Below, piece by piece: positions 40,381 through 48,425 of a DNA stretch of 64,000 nucleotides. Within the stretch, counting starts at the first letter, position 1, and every line of letters starts with the position of its first letter. The position numbers were made by a program, and so were the translations under genes. A model generated the notes under the pieces. The model made no database searches. It worked only from the letters and a program-made list of their open reading frames with translations, and was not told where the DNA came from. The DNA comes from an uncultured Bacilli bacterium (lineage in GTDB: Bacteria; Bacillota_I; Bacilli_A; RF39; UBA660). The DNA lies in assembly GCA_934086145.1 (NCBI GenBank), contig CAKOHV010000006.1:568-64567 (forward strand), read 5' to 3'.

Positions 40381-40512
40381 TTGACATGGAAAAAATATTG
40401 TGTATAATAAATAAGCGAGTGAGGAGATATAAGCAATTGCGAGCTATCTCGGGTATAACCTACACGGACTATTAGTACGGAGTCACTACGAGTGATTTAC
40501 CGTGCTTTTTTT
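40381..40512 (+). promoter_or_regulatory. Strong promoter followed by a ~100-nt structured leader ending in an intrinsic terminator (candidate riboswitch, attenuator or sRNA)
   Basis: TTGACA at 40381-86, a 16-nt spacer and TATAAT at 40403-08. Hairpin gagata/tatctc at 40424-40450. Terminator gtacgg (40475-80)/ccgtgc (40500-05) encloses the hairpin agtcac-tacga-gtgatt and is followed by T7 (40506-12). An upstream cacgg (40463-67) can pair with the same ccgtg instead. Confidence 0.55.
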
Positions 40513-40558
40513 CTGATTTAGAAGGGTAATTCACCAAAATAGAAGAGAGTGATATTAT

Positions 40559-40990
40559 ATGGAAAGAGAAGAAATTGGCAAATTCTATGCAACATCATTT
40601 AATGGCTTTGTTTTTGAATTTATCGTATATTCTGATAATACAATGGCTTGTCCTATATTAAACATAAATTCATTTAACAAAATGATTATTAAACCAAGAT
40701 TTGTCTTGAGTGGAAATGACTTCATGTATATTTATAATTCACCATCAAAGGAAAAAGATAAAAATCCGCAAAATTTAATTGAAAATTATAATATTGATGA
40801 CGATTTATTTGATTACTTAAAACAAAATGGAATGATTACGTATAGTAATGACATGGCATATCTATATGGATTTGAAGATAAATATGGATATGATAGTGAA
40901 CCAAACTATTATGGTGTTGGTAGTCCTTATAAATGGGCTAAAAAGAAAGGCCCTATATTATCAAAGCAAAAAAAAGGTCAATTTAATTAA
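40559..40990 (+). CDS. Hypothetical protein (143 aa)
   Basis: Intact ORF downstream of the structured leader, with its own terminator at 40994-41032. No motif recognised. Confidence 0.5.
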   Translation: MEREEIGKFYATSFNGFVFEFIVYSDNTMACPILNINSFNKMIIKPRFVLSGNDFMYIYNSPSKEKDKNPQNLIENYNIDDDLFDYLKQNGMITYSNDMAYLYGFEDKYGYDSEPNYYGVGSPYKWAKKKGPILSKQKKGQFN

Positions 40991-40993
40991 TTT

Positions 40994-41032
40994 AAAGCAC
41001 AATAACTTGATATGAAGATATTGTGCTTTTTT
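40994..41032 (+). terminator. Rho-independent terminator
   Basis: aaagcacaata ... tattgtgcttt followed by a T run. Confidence 0.75.
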
Positions 41033-41232
41033 ACTATATAGTAATACTTTATTATTTTAAATGATATATTTCTTTTCTTAATAATGATATATAATCCCTA
41101 TTATAAAATAGTTATATTTAATATAGTAAATTATAATAATTAGGAAGTAAAAAGGTAAAAATAGATGTTTTAAATCCTAAAGTAAAATTTGCTTCAAATT
41201 TGTTTAATGATGTAAATGACATTGTAGGATAG

Positions 41233-41261
41233 TTGTTAATTAATTTAGTACATGCTAAAAT
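41233..41261 (+). promoter_or_regulatory. Promoter of the JAB gene (TTGTTA-17-TGcTAAAAT)
   Basis: TTGTTA at 41233-38, a 17-nt spacer ending in TGC, and TAAAAT at 41256-61. Confidence 0.55.
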
Positions 41262-41290
41262 AAAATTAACTAATTTCGAGAGGTGTAAAT

Positions 41291-41995
41291 ATGTTAGAAG
41301 AAACAAAAAGAGTCATTAATAATAATCCAAGGTTAAGAGATTATATAAATAATCATTATTTTGGCCAAAATGGTCTTAATTCTCCAGTTGACAGGAATCT
41401 AATGCCTACTGCTCCTGCATCAGAAATTGTCTTTGATGAAAATACTGCAAGAAATTTATTTAAACTTGCTAAAAAGACGCACGATCAAAATTGTGAATAT
41501 TCCTTCATTCTTATAGGCTACAAAGATAAAAGTAAAACTAATCGTGCATATATAAAAGGTTTTTTTGAACACAATTCCAATGTTTATTCACGTAAAGCGG
41601 CATTTGATTCTGAAAATCTACGATTGGTAGATTTAGTTACTCAAAAGAAATCAAGCTATGATGTTATGTTCGTCTGTCATACTCATCCTGATAGGGGAGC
41701 TTACTATATGAACTTTTCTCTTGGTGATTTGGATGGAGTTGTTAGTTTATATGAAGATAATAAAAATTATTTCTTGATCGATGATTATGGAGAGGGAATA
41801 CTAACCGGTGATGGCCAAGTATTATTTGCTTTTTACGATCCTAGAACTAAGAATGTTTATAAGTTTGGTAAGTATCTTGTTAATCCTAAAAATACCAACT
41901 TAGTTGTCCCTTTTGATGATTTTATGAATCAACTTTCTCACGAAGAACAACAAAATTATCATCAAACAAATCCGTTTTATCCTCGTCGTAGATAA
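41291..41995 (+). CDS. Stand-alone JAB/MPN (JAMM) metalloprotease-domain protein
   Basis: NCEYSFILIG (Glu) ... VCHTHPDRGAYYMNFSLGDLDG gives E...HxH-x10-S-x2-D, a JAMM-like motif. Confidence 0.65.
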   Translation: MLEETKRVINNNPRLRDYINNHYFGQNGLNSPVDRNLMPTAPASEIVFDENTARNLFKLAKKTHDQNCEYSFILIGYKDKSKTNRAYIKGFFEHNSNVYSRKAAFDSENLRLVDLVTQKKSSYDVMFVCHTHPDRGAYYMNFSLGDLDGVVSLYEDNKNYFLIDDYGEGILTGDGQVLFAFYDPRTKNVYKFGKYLVNPKNTNLVVPFDDFMNQLSHEEQQNYHQTNPFYPRRR

Positions 41996-42028
41996 TTGTT
42001 TTCATAATAATTTGTTTTAATAACATAC

Positions 42029-42072
42029 AAAAAAATAATTTCTATTGTTAATAAGTTAGAAATTATTTTTTT
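42029..42072. terminator. Bidirectional hairpin terminator between the convergent JAB and adh genes
   Basis: A run, aataatttcta ... tagaaattatt, T run. Confidence 0.65.
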
Positions 42073-42132
42073 GGCAAAATAAAACCTTACTAACTATTGT
42101 AAGGCCTTATTTATTATATAAAATTAATTATT

Positions 42133-43158
42133 TTACTTTTTTGGATCGATTAGAATTTTTATAGCTCCATCATTGCCACTAGTTAATCTTTCAAAAGATT
42201 CTTGGACTTTTTCTAAAGAAACAATATCATCAACAAATTTTAATGTGTCAATTTTCTTTCTAGCCATTAATTCAATACAATCATTAAATTCAAAAACTGT
42301 GTAACCTATAGCACCTTTTACATTTAATTCATGCATGACATTTAAAATAGATGGGTATTCAATATTAGCCAAAGAAACACCAACTAAAACGACAGTTCCG
42401 CCATTTCTAGCATTTAGTAAAGCAGAAGATACAGCAGCTGAATTACCACAACATTCAATAACAACATCGTAACCATCTGGACACTTAGAACGAACGTTTT
42501 CCATAAATTTTTCGTCTTTAGCATCAAACCATTCATCAGCACACTTTAATTTAACGCTTTTTGTTCCACGTTGTTCATTTGTTTCTGATACTGCTACATA
42601 TGATGCACCATTCATTTTAGCAAGAGCCGCACATAATGCGCCAATGATACCAGCCCCAACGACTAAAACTTTGTCACCAATTTTGATATTCGCTAAGTTA
42701 ACAGCATGTAAAGCTACTGCTGTTGGTTCTACCATAGCAACTTCTGCATCAGTTAGTGATTTAGGAACCTTTATAACCATATCAGGTCTTATGGATGTCT
42801 TTTCAGCATATGCTCCAGGATTAGTTAATGATAATCCTAAAGCTCTAGTCCAAGTTTCAGCACAATACTGCGGATTTCCAGATAAACATGCATCACAATG
42901 TCCACAAGGGGAAATTGGTAATGCTGTAACACGGTCCCCAATTTTTAAATCGTTTCTACTTCCAGGATCTAAAACTATTCCACAGAATTCATGTCCCATT
43001 ACTAATCCAGCTGGTTGTCCAACATCCCAGTAATGGATATCAGAACCACAAATTCCTGCTTTTTTAACGTCTACAACAACGTTTTCTCCATTTATGGAAG
43101 GCTCATCTATTTCTTTTAATTCAAATTCTTTTAACCCTTTTATTGCTACACTTTTCAT
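42133..43158 (-). CDS. Zinc-dependent medium-chain alcohol/polyol dehydrogenase
   Basis: GICGSDIHYW, GHEFCG, structural-zinc CGHCDACLSGNPQYC and VLVVGAGIIG. The ATG at 43158 (MKSVAIKG) lies behind AGGAGAGG. Confidence 0.88.
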   Translation of the reverse strand: MKSVAIKGLKEFELKEIDEPSINGENVVVDVKKAGICGSDIHYWDVGQPAGLVMGHEFCGIVLDPGSRNDLKIGDRVTALPISPCGHCDACLSGNPQYCAETWTRALGLSLTNPGAYAEKTSIRPDMVIKVPKSLTDAEVAMVEPTAVALHAVNLANIKIGDKVLVVGAGIIGALCAALAKMNGASYVAVSETNEQRGTKSVKLKCADEWFDAKDEKFMENVRSKCPDGYDVVIECCGNSAAVSSALLNARNGGTVVLVGVSLANIEYPSILNVMHELNVKGAIGYTVFEFNDCIELMARKKIDTLKFVDDIVSLEKVQESFERLTSGNDGAIKILIDPKK

Positions 43159-43330
43159 ACAACCTCTCCTTATCATACGTTAATTATATCATTAAATTTA
43201 GAAATTAAATCTTAAAAATGTCAATTTATCGTATTTTTGTCATAAAAATTACAAAAATTATAAAAAAGTTGTATTATTTTATTAAAATATGCTATCATAA
43301 TAATGTACTTCAAAAAAGTATAGTAAACAT

Positions 43331-43406
43331 GCCGAGATAGTATTAATGTTAGAACATACGCTTTGTTTGCGTAAGATGACTTGTTCAATTCAGTCTCTTG
43401 GCACCA
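43331..43406 (+). tRNA. Atypical 76-nt tRNA-Thr(UGU)-like gene (possible pseudo-tRNA or tRNA-like RNA)
   Basis: GCCGAGA...TCTTGGC-A-CCA forms a 7-bp acceptor stem. TACGC-TTTGTTT-GCGTA forms a perfect anticodon arm with TGT at positions 34-36 but T at 37. TTCAATT T-loop. The D stem is poor, G18G19 is missing, and the T stem is only 4 bp with a 10-nt loop. A possible TGcTATCAT promoter lies at 43290-98, and the 3' trailer module matches the one after tmRNA. Confidence 0.5.
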
Positions 43407-43469
43407 TAAAAAAATATTCGAATTGCTCGAATTTTCATATATAATCAATCAGAAATGATTGATTTTTTT
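43407..43469 (+). repeat. Two-hairpin 3' trailer/terminator module, copy 2 (after the tRNA-like gene)
   Basis: attcga-attgc-tcgaat, catatata, atcaatca-gaaa-tgattgat (43444-43463), T run. The second hairpin is identical to the one at 33587-33606. Confidence 0.8.
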
Positions 43470-43506
43470 AGCAAAGATTATAATATAAAAAAACTATTAA
43501 ATCATT

Positions 43507-44175
43507 TTAATAGTCTTCATAGTAATTTATAATTTTTTCTTTAGTTCCATCACTAGATATTCTGTCCCATTCTTTTTTATAAATCATTTTTGCGTAATTT
43601 TTATCTAAGTATTCTTGTTGAAATTTATCTCTTTCTTTTACAAGTGTTGGGTTGTTTGTCCATAAATTAAAATTGCCTTCATTATTGATTCTTTGACAAA
43701 TATAATTGTAGCATCTTTCAAAATGTTCATCAAAAGTAATAAGGTTAGGATAATTTTTTAAGGAAGTTGCAATTTGTCTTTTTGCTAATAGCTCGATATC
43801 AAAGTCTCTATCCGAATCAGACACACATTCTCCAAAAAAATTTCTCGGTTTTTCTTTTCTAGAACCTCTATGATCTTCGACAGCTTCTTTCATTACTTTA
43901 ATTTCTTCTTCGCTAAAATATTTTTTTAGTTCCTTGTCTTCGCTTAATATTTTTCCAGATTCATATTCGTGATTATCTCTATCAATATTTAAGCCAATAT
44001 CATGAAAAGCAGCAATAACGTAAGCTATATTTTTGTCCAAATTATAGTAATCAGCCAACATCAACATATTTTTAATAACATTATTTATATGTATCATTCC
44101 GTGTGAATAGTATTTTTCATACTTGGGAAAAATATTTTTTTCTATATATAAAATCAATTCTTTATTAACATCCAT
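43507..44175 (-). CDS. HD-domain phosphohydrolase
   Basis: HGMIHINNV ... AAFHDIGL ... EAVEDHRGS gives the H...HD...D pattern. The ATG at 44175 (MDVNKEL) lies behind GGAGG. Confidence 0.75.
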   Translation of the reverse strand: MDVNKELILYIEKNIFPKYEKYYSHGMIHINNVIKNMLMLADYYNLDKNIAYVIAAFHDIGLNIDRDNHEYESGKILSEDKELKKYFSEEEIKVMKEAVEDHRGSRKEKPRNFFGECVSDSDRDFDIELLAKRQIATSLKNYPNLITFDEHFERCYNYICQRINNEGNFNLWTNNPTLVKERDKFQQEYLDKNYAKMIYKKEWDRISSDGTKEKIINYYEDY

Positions 44176-44396
44176 AAATCGACACCTCCGTTTTAAATTA
44201 TAACACATTTTATATTCAGCATAAGAAAAAGCATTATTTTTAATTAAAGCATAATATGTATTTATTTACGTCAAATATTTATTTTTGATGTAAATAAATC
44301 ATTAAAAAAACAACTTTTATATAATAATTGTTTTTTTTTATTTAAATTAATTTGATTTTCTGTTATAATTTCCATATAAACTAAGGAGCGATTGTT

Positions 44397-45686
44397 ATGG
44401 AAAGTATTGAAAAAACATCCCAAAATCAATGTTATATCGTTTCCCTTGATAATGGTATCCGTAATGAAGAACCTGTTACTATTAAGGTTTTTAATAACTT
44501 TAATGACGGTACTCAATTGGTAAGATTAAATGAAAATGTTTTTGGTGTCTATCAATCATATAGTTTGAATCCAGACACTGTTTATATAGATGATTACAAT
44601 ATTATAAAGGCAGATATAGCTGAATTATTGGATATTGATCACGAAGAAACGCGTCGAATTGTTACAGAAGATAGAAATATCGGTGTTTTTACGTCGTTAA
44701 ATTATAGTCAAAATATTGAAACACGTTTTTCTGCAAGTAGCATTTTTCAACAGATTGTTGAATATATTAATGAAGGAAAAATTACTGGCGAAGAAGCCTT
44801 ATGGGTAAGTGACGTTTTACATACTCCGCAAGCCCAGAAGGGTAATGCTATAAAAGATAAAGAAAAAATTAAAGATATAATCGAGTTAGGTTTTTATGCT
44901 TTAAATAAGAAAATTATTTTTGAAACAGTTGAAGATTTAGATGAAAAAAGCTTAGATGCTTTGAAAAAAAGCTATATTAGAATGATTTTATTTGATATGT
45001 TAATAAATCGAAAGTATAGAGGACTTGATTATTCTTTAATAACAGAGATTGCTAGTGATAATACGCCACTATGGAATACAGCACATTTTTGTCCTATTTC
45101 TGTAGCGAATAATATTGAAAAAGATCAATTAGTTGCTGATAATGAATACTGTATAAATAATTATCTTGTTGACCGCAATGTGACATTGAGTGTTTTATTT
45201 GAGTATTATTATCATGAAATAAAAAAAATATCTGAATCATTAAGTGATGCTAGCAGATTGTATATAGATGCTATTACAAGAATAGTATATAACAACACTG
45301 AGTTAAATAAAGCTTCTGAATTAGAAAAAATAGTTGTTGATAATTTAAAGAAAATATCAAAATTTCAAAAAGAAAAGGAAAAATTGATTTCTTCTGAAAA
45401 TAAACTTAATAAAGTAGAAAAAACAATGGCTACACAGTCCATAAATGTTCGTGTAACTGCTAAATTAGATTTGATTCAAAAAAAATACCCTGTAAATCCC
45501 AAAGAGCATCCTGAATTATTTTCTAAAAAAGAACATAAAAAAGAAGAAAACTTAAAACTTACTGTTGAAGAAGAAAAAAGTACTTCTAAAGGATTTACTA
45601 ATACAGCTATTATAATATCAGCCGTTTCCTTAATTTGTGGTATCGGCTTAGGAATAGCATACGTTTTGATAACAATGGGAAGCTAA
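44397..45686 (+). CDS. Tail-anchored protein with a HipA-C/kinase-like but catalytically degenerate head
   Basis: No signal peptide. IRMILFDMLINRKYRGLDYSLI resembles the HipA_C FD.LIgN.DRH.kN block but lacks the D/H/N residues. C-terminal KGFTNTAIIISAVSLICGIGLGIAYVLITMGS. Own terminator at 45677-45699. Confidence 0.45.
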   Translation: MESIEKTSQNQCYIVSLDNGIRNEEPVTIKVFNNFNDGTQLVRLNENVFGVYQSYSLNPDTVYIDDYNIIKADIAELLDIDHEETRRIVTEDRNIGVFTSLNYSQNIETRFSASSIFQQIVEYINEGKITGEEALWVSDVLHTPQAQKGNAIKDKEKIKDIIELGFYALNKKIIFETVEDLDEKSLDALKKSYIRMILFDMLINRKYRGLDYSLITEIASDNTPLWNTAHFCPISVANNIEKDQLVADNEYCINNYLVDRNVTLSVLFEYYYHEIKKISESLSDASRLYIDAITRIVYNNTELNKASELEKIVVDNLKKISKFQKEKEKLISSENKLNKVEKTMATQSINVRVTAKLDLIQKKYPVNPKEHPELFSKKEHKKEENLKLTVEEEKSTSKGFTNTAIIISAVSLICGIGLGIAYVLITMGS

Positions 45687-45699
45687 TCTTCCCTTTTTT
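45677..45699 (+). terminator. Rho-independent terminator overlapping the stop codon
   Basis: gggaag-ctaat-cttccc followed by T6. Confidence 0.75.
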
Positions 45700-45746
45700 A
45701 TTGCATAAAAAAATAATTCATTATAAAATAAAAAAGGGATGGTACA

Positions 45747-46259
45747 ATGAACACAAGACAAAAAAACAATCAATTGCTTTTACTTATTCCGTGGCTTTTA
45801 ATAATATTATTAATAATATTGAATTTACGAATTAATAAAAATTTATCTAAAGCCAAAACTCAACAAACAACCGAAGCCGTTTGTTTAACTGAAAGAAAAA
45901 AAGTAGAAAGTACTTATGATGATTTAGCAAAAAATTATCAAGAAATTAACTATAAAACCTTTAAAAAATTATATAAAGGCAAAGATGGAGCTATCATTGC
46001 TGTAGTTGACAATACATCAAATACATATAATAAATTTATTGAATTTATTAACAAAACATCTTATTATAATGACTTAAATATTAGTTTGTTGAATACTAGT
46101 AAATTAACTAAAAAAAATCTAGTTGAATTTTATGAATTAGATGATCGCTTTGCATCTTTAGAAAGTAATTATCTTATTGTTGTTAAAAATCAAAAAGTAT
46201 TAGCTTTAGTAGAAATATCTAATGTTGATTTAGTTGATTTAATAGAAATTTATGAATAG
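45747..46259 (+). CDS. N-anchored thioredoxin-fold-like protein without a CxxC motif
   Basis: TM LLLLIPWLLIILLIILNL, then a ~120-aa domain whose layout (GAIIAVVDNTSNTYNKF...NYLIVVKNQKVL) resembles a Trx-like fold. No CxxC present. Confidence 0.4.
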   Translation: MNTRQKNNQLLLLIPWLLIILLIILNLRINKNLSKAKTQQTTEAVCLTERKKVESTYDDLAKNYQEINYKTFKKLYKGKDGAIIAVVDNTSNTYNKFIEFINKTSYYNDLNISLLNTSKLTKKNLVEFYELDDRFASLESNYLIVVKNQKVLALVEISNVDLVDLIEIYE

Positions 46260-46268
46260 AGGTATAAT

Positions 46269-46712
46269 ATGGGAAAAGTATATGATCAAGTATGTATGTT
46301 TAAAGCCAAATATCCGCACACTATAACATGGTGGCGTCTTCGTAAACATGCTGCAGTAATAGAGAAACATTTAAATCCAGGAGAGGAACCATTATACACT
46401 TTTGCTGGTCAAAAGAACAGTGACAATTCCAATGTATGGGCCACCTGCGTTGTATGTCTAACAAATAAGCGCCTTTTAATTGGTCAAGATTATTTATTTG
46501 TTGGATATGCTCTTAATTCAATTACTCCTGATTTGTTCAATGATATGCAAGTATATGCCGGATTAATATGGGGAAAAATAACTATCGACACTCTTAAGGA
46601 AACCGTTGATATTACGAATTTAGATAAAAGGAGTCTACCAGAAATTGAAACTTCTATCTCCAGTTTTATGATGGAAGCCAAGCAAAAGTATCAATCTTCA
46701 AAAAAAGAATAA
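46269..46712 (+). CDS. Bacterial PH-domain (YokE-like) protein
   Basis: HLNPGEEPLYTFAGQKN...CVVCLTNKRLLIG...GKITIDT matches the bPH layout (GE...lTn.Rl...). Confidence 0.5.
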   Translation: MGKVYDQVCMFKAKYPHTITWWRLRKHAAVIEKHLNPGEEPLYTFAGQKNSDNSNVWATCVVCLTNKRLLIGQDYLFVGYALNSITPDLFNDMQVYAGLIWGKITIDTLKETVDITNLDKRSLPEIETSISSFMMEAKQKYQSSKKE

Positions 46713-46739
46713 TAAACATGTTGTAGTTTTGGAGTATGC

Positions 46740-47870
46740 ATGAGAAAATATAGAATAAAAAAAAGAAGAGTAGCAATTTTAATTTTAATTATTCTTCTGC
46801 CAATTATTGGTGTCTTATTATTAAAGGAAAAATCTTATTCTATCAGTTATAATATTGCTGAATATAGTATTGATGAAAACTATGATCGTAAGACCAAAAC
46901 GTATTATTTTGAAATTAAATACGATGGTCAAAGATACGATTTTATCAAAGAAATGAAATATGAAAGAAAACGTCAATTAATAAAAGATGTTAATAAAATC
47001 AAAGATGGTGATGATATCTGTCTTGAAATCACTAGTTCATATTTTCAAACCAATCCATTGTGTTACAGCCAAGATACTTTCATTGATTATCGTTTATCAT
47101 CAACTCAAATTTTAAATAAATTAAATGTAAACACTTATTCTAAAGAATTAAATATTGCTAATAAATATAATAATTATGAACTATTCAACCTAAAAGATAA
47201 TCTTTTAATATGGAATTATAATGGATTTTTATCTATTAAAAATGATTCTATTACTGAGATAAATTTGTTTTCAAAAGATATTTATAATATTCTTTTAGCT
47301 CAAAAAGTTACAAGGTACTTATTTATTCCAAATTATGAACAAAAATATAATTTTTCTAAAGCATATGTTATTGATTTAAATGATTTTAGTAAAAAAGAAT
47401 GGAATTTAAAATACGAAATATCTTTTGATAGTTATATTCTTGGTACTAAGGATGATTCTATTTTTCTTGTTGATAAAAAGAATGAAATTGAATATGAACT
47501 AGTTCCCTATAAAAGAAAAATGCGTATAGTAGGTTCTGCTTCTAAAAATGGCTTTACTTACCAAAATGATAAACTTACCAAAGTATCAATGAATTATCTT
47601 ACTACCAAAGAAGAACATTTTACCTTTTCTTCCTTATATAATTACTACATAAATAAAAATAAACTTTATTTAAAGTATCTTGATAATAACGAATCAATGC
47701 TTGTTTCATCCAAAGAGATTACACAGATAGTAAGTGTTACAAAAGATACTGTTTACTATTTAGTAGATGATACTTTATATTTTTATAATCCTTTATATGG
47801 GGAAACAAAAGTCCTTAAATATTCTGATTGGCAATACAATTATGATAATATGATTTTTATTGATAACTAA
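46740..47870 (+). CDS. N-anchored extracytoplasmic protein (376 aa), unknown family
   Basis: MRKYRIKKRRVAILILIILLPIIGVLLL signal anchor, followed by beta-rich Y/N/K-rich sequence. Confidence 0.55.
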   Translation: MRKYRIKKRRVAILILIILLPIIGVLLLKEKSYSISYNIAEYSIDENYDRKTKTYYFEIKYDGQRYDFIKEMKYERKRQLIKDVNKIKDGDDICLEITSSYFQTNPLCYSQDTFIDYRLSSTQILNKLNVNTYSKELNIANKYNNYELFNLKDNLLIWNYNGFLSIKNDSITEINLFSKDIYNILLAQKVTRYLFIPNYEQKYNFSKAYVIDLNDFSKKEWNLKYEISFDSYILGTKDDSIFLVDKKNEIEYELVPYKRKMRIVGSASKNGFTYQNDKLTKVSMNYLTTKEEHFTFSSLYNYYINKNKLYLKYLDNNESMLVSSKEITQIVSVTKDTVYYLVDDTLYFYNPLYGETKVLKYSDWQYNYDNMIFIDN

Positions 47871-47909
47871 TTTTTATATGTTTCATATCCTATAATAGGA
47901 GTGATAAAA

Positions 47910-48362
47910 ATGTATGATAAATATATGATAGAAGAGGGAGATACTTTAAGTAGTATAGCCACCAAGTTTAATACTCAAGAGTCAACTATCCTAGATTTAA
48001 ATAATATAGCCTTTCCTGATTTATTAAGAGCAGGCAAAGAAATTATTGTCCCTTTAAATAAAAGTACTTACTTTGATTATTATACTATTAAAAAAGGTGA
48101 TACTTTATACGGGATAGCTCGTGAGTATAATATAAATCCAGAATTACTTGCTATTTTAAATGGCTTAGATAAGAATGATTACATATATCCTAATCAAGAA
48201 ATTTTAATTCCTAAAAGTAGCTTTAGTTATTATGTAACAACTGATGGAGACACTATCAAGACAGTTGCTCGTAAATTTAATATCAAGGAAAATGACTTAT
48301 TAAATAACAATGAAACTATTTATCTTCTTCCTGGTCAATTAATCGTTAATAAAAATCGTTAA
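47910..48362 (+). CDS. Triple-LysM protein without a signal peptide
   Basis: Three LysM repeats (GDTLSSIATKFN, GDTLYGIAREYN, GDTIKTVARKFN). The ATG at 47910 lies behind AGGAG. Confidence 0.8.
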   Translation: MYDKYMIEEGDTLSSIATKFNTQESTILDLNNIAFPDLLRAGKEIIVPLNKSTYFDYYTIKKGDTLYGIAREYNINPELLAILNGLDKNDYIYPNQEILIPKSSFSYYVTTDGDTIKTVARKFNIKENDLLNNNETIYLLPGQLIVNKNR

Positions 48363-48425
48363 AGTAAATATTTATATTTGCTTTTTTAAATGGTATAATA
48401 ATAATAGAATAGGAGGGATAACTTA

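Noticed and set aside
40386-40475. 29-codon upstream ORF (MEKILCIINKRVRRYKQLRAISGITYTDY) as a leader peptide for attenuation.
   Set aside because: Its ATG lies within the -35 to -10 region of the only convincing promoter, so it would not be on the transcript. It has no SD.
40455-40500. Guanidine-II (mini-ykkC) riboswitch, because of repeated ACGG/ACGA boxes.
   Set aside because: mini-ykkC needs two hairpins, each with an ACGR tetraloop closed by a C-G pair. Here the ACG boxes fall in stems or in a 5-nt loop, and the hairpin geometry does not fit.
36058-43406. Integrative element bounded by tRNA-derived att direct repeats (tRNA-Thr 3' end versus 43383-43406).
   Set aside because: The second locus is a complete 76-nt tRNA-shaped gene with its own compensatory stems, not a partial 3' duplicate. 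The shared 3' segments match only about 17 of 23 nt. No integrase, excisionase or mobility gene is present.
43221-43448. 75-aa reverse-strand ORF between the adh and HD genes.
   Set aside because: It starts at a TTG, has no SD, and is fully overlapped by the tRNA-like gene and its trailer hairpins on the other strand. Its sequence is low-complexity.
35122-45835. Short AT-rich ORFs in spacers or at gene edges: 35122-35325, 37044-37265, 41118-41306, 44271-44516, 45635-45835.
   Set aside because: They sit in promoter/terminator regions or overlap better-supported genes. They are Ile/Asn/Lys/Phe-rich, as expected by chance at about 25% GC, and have no ribosome-binding sites.
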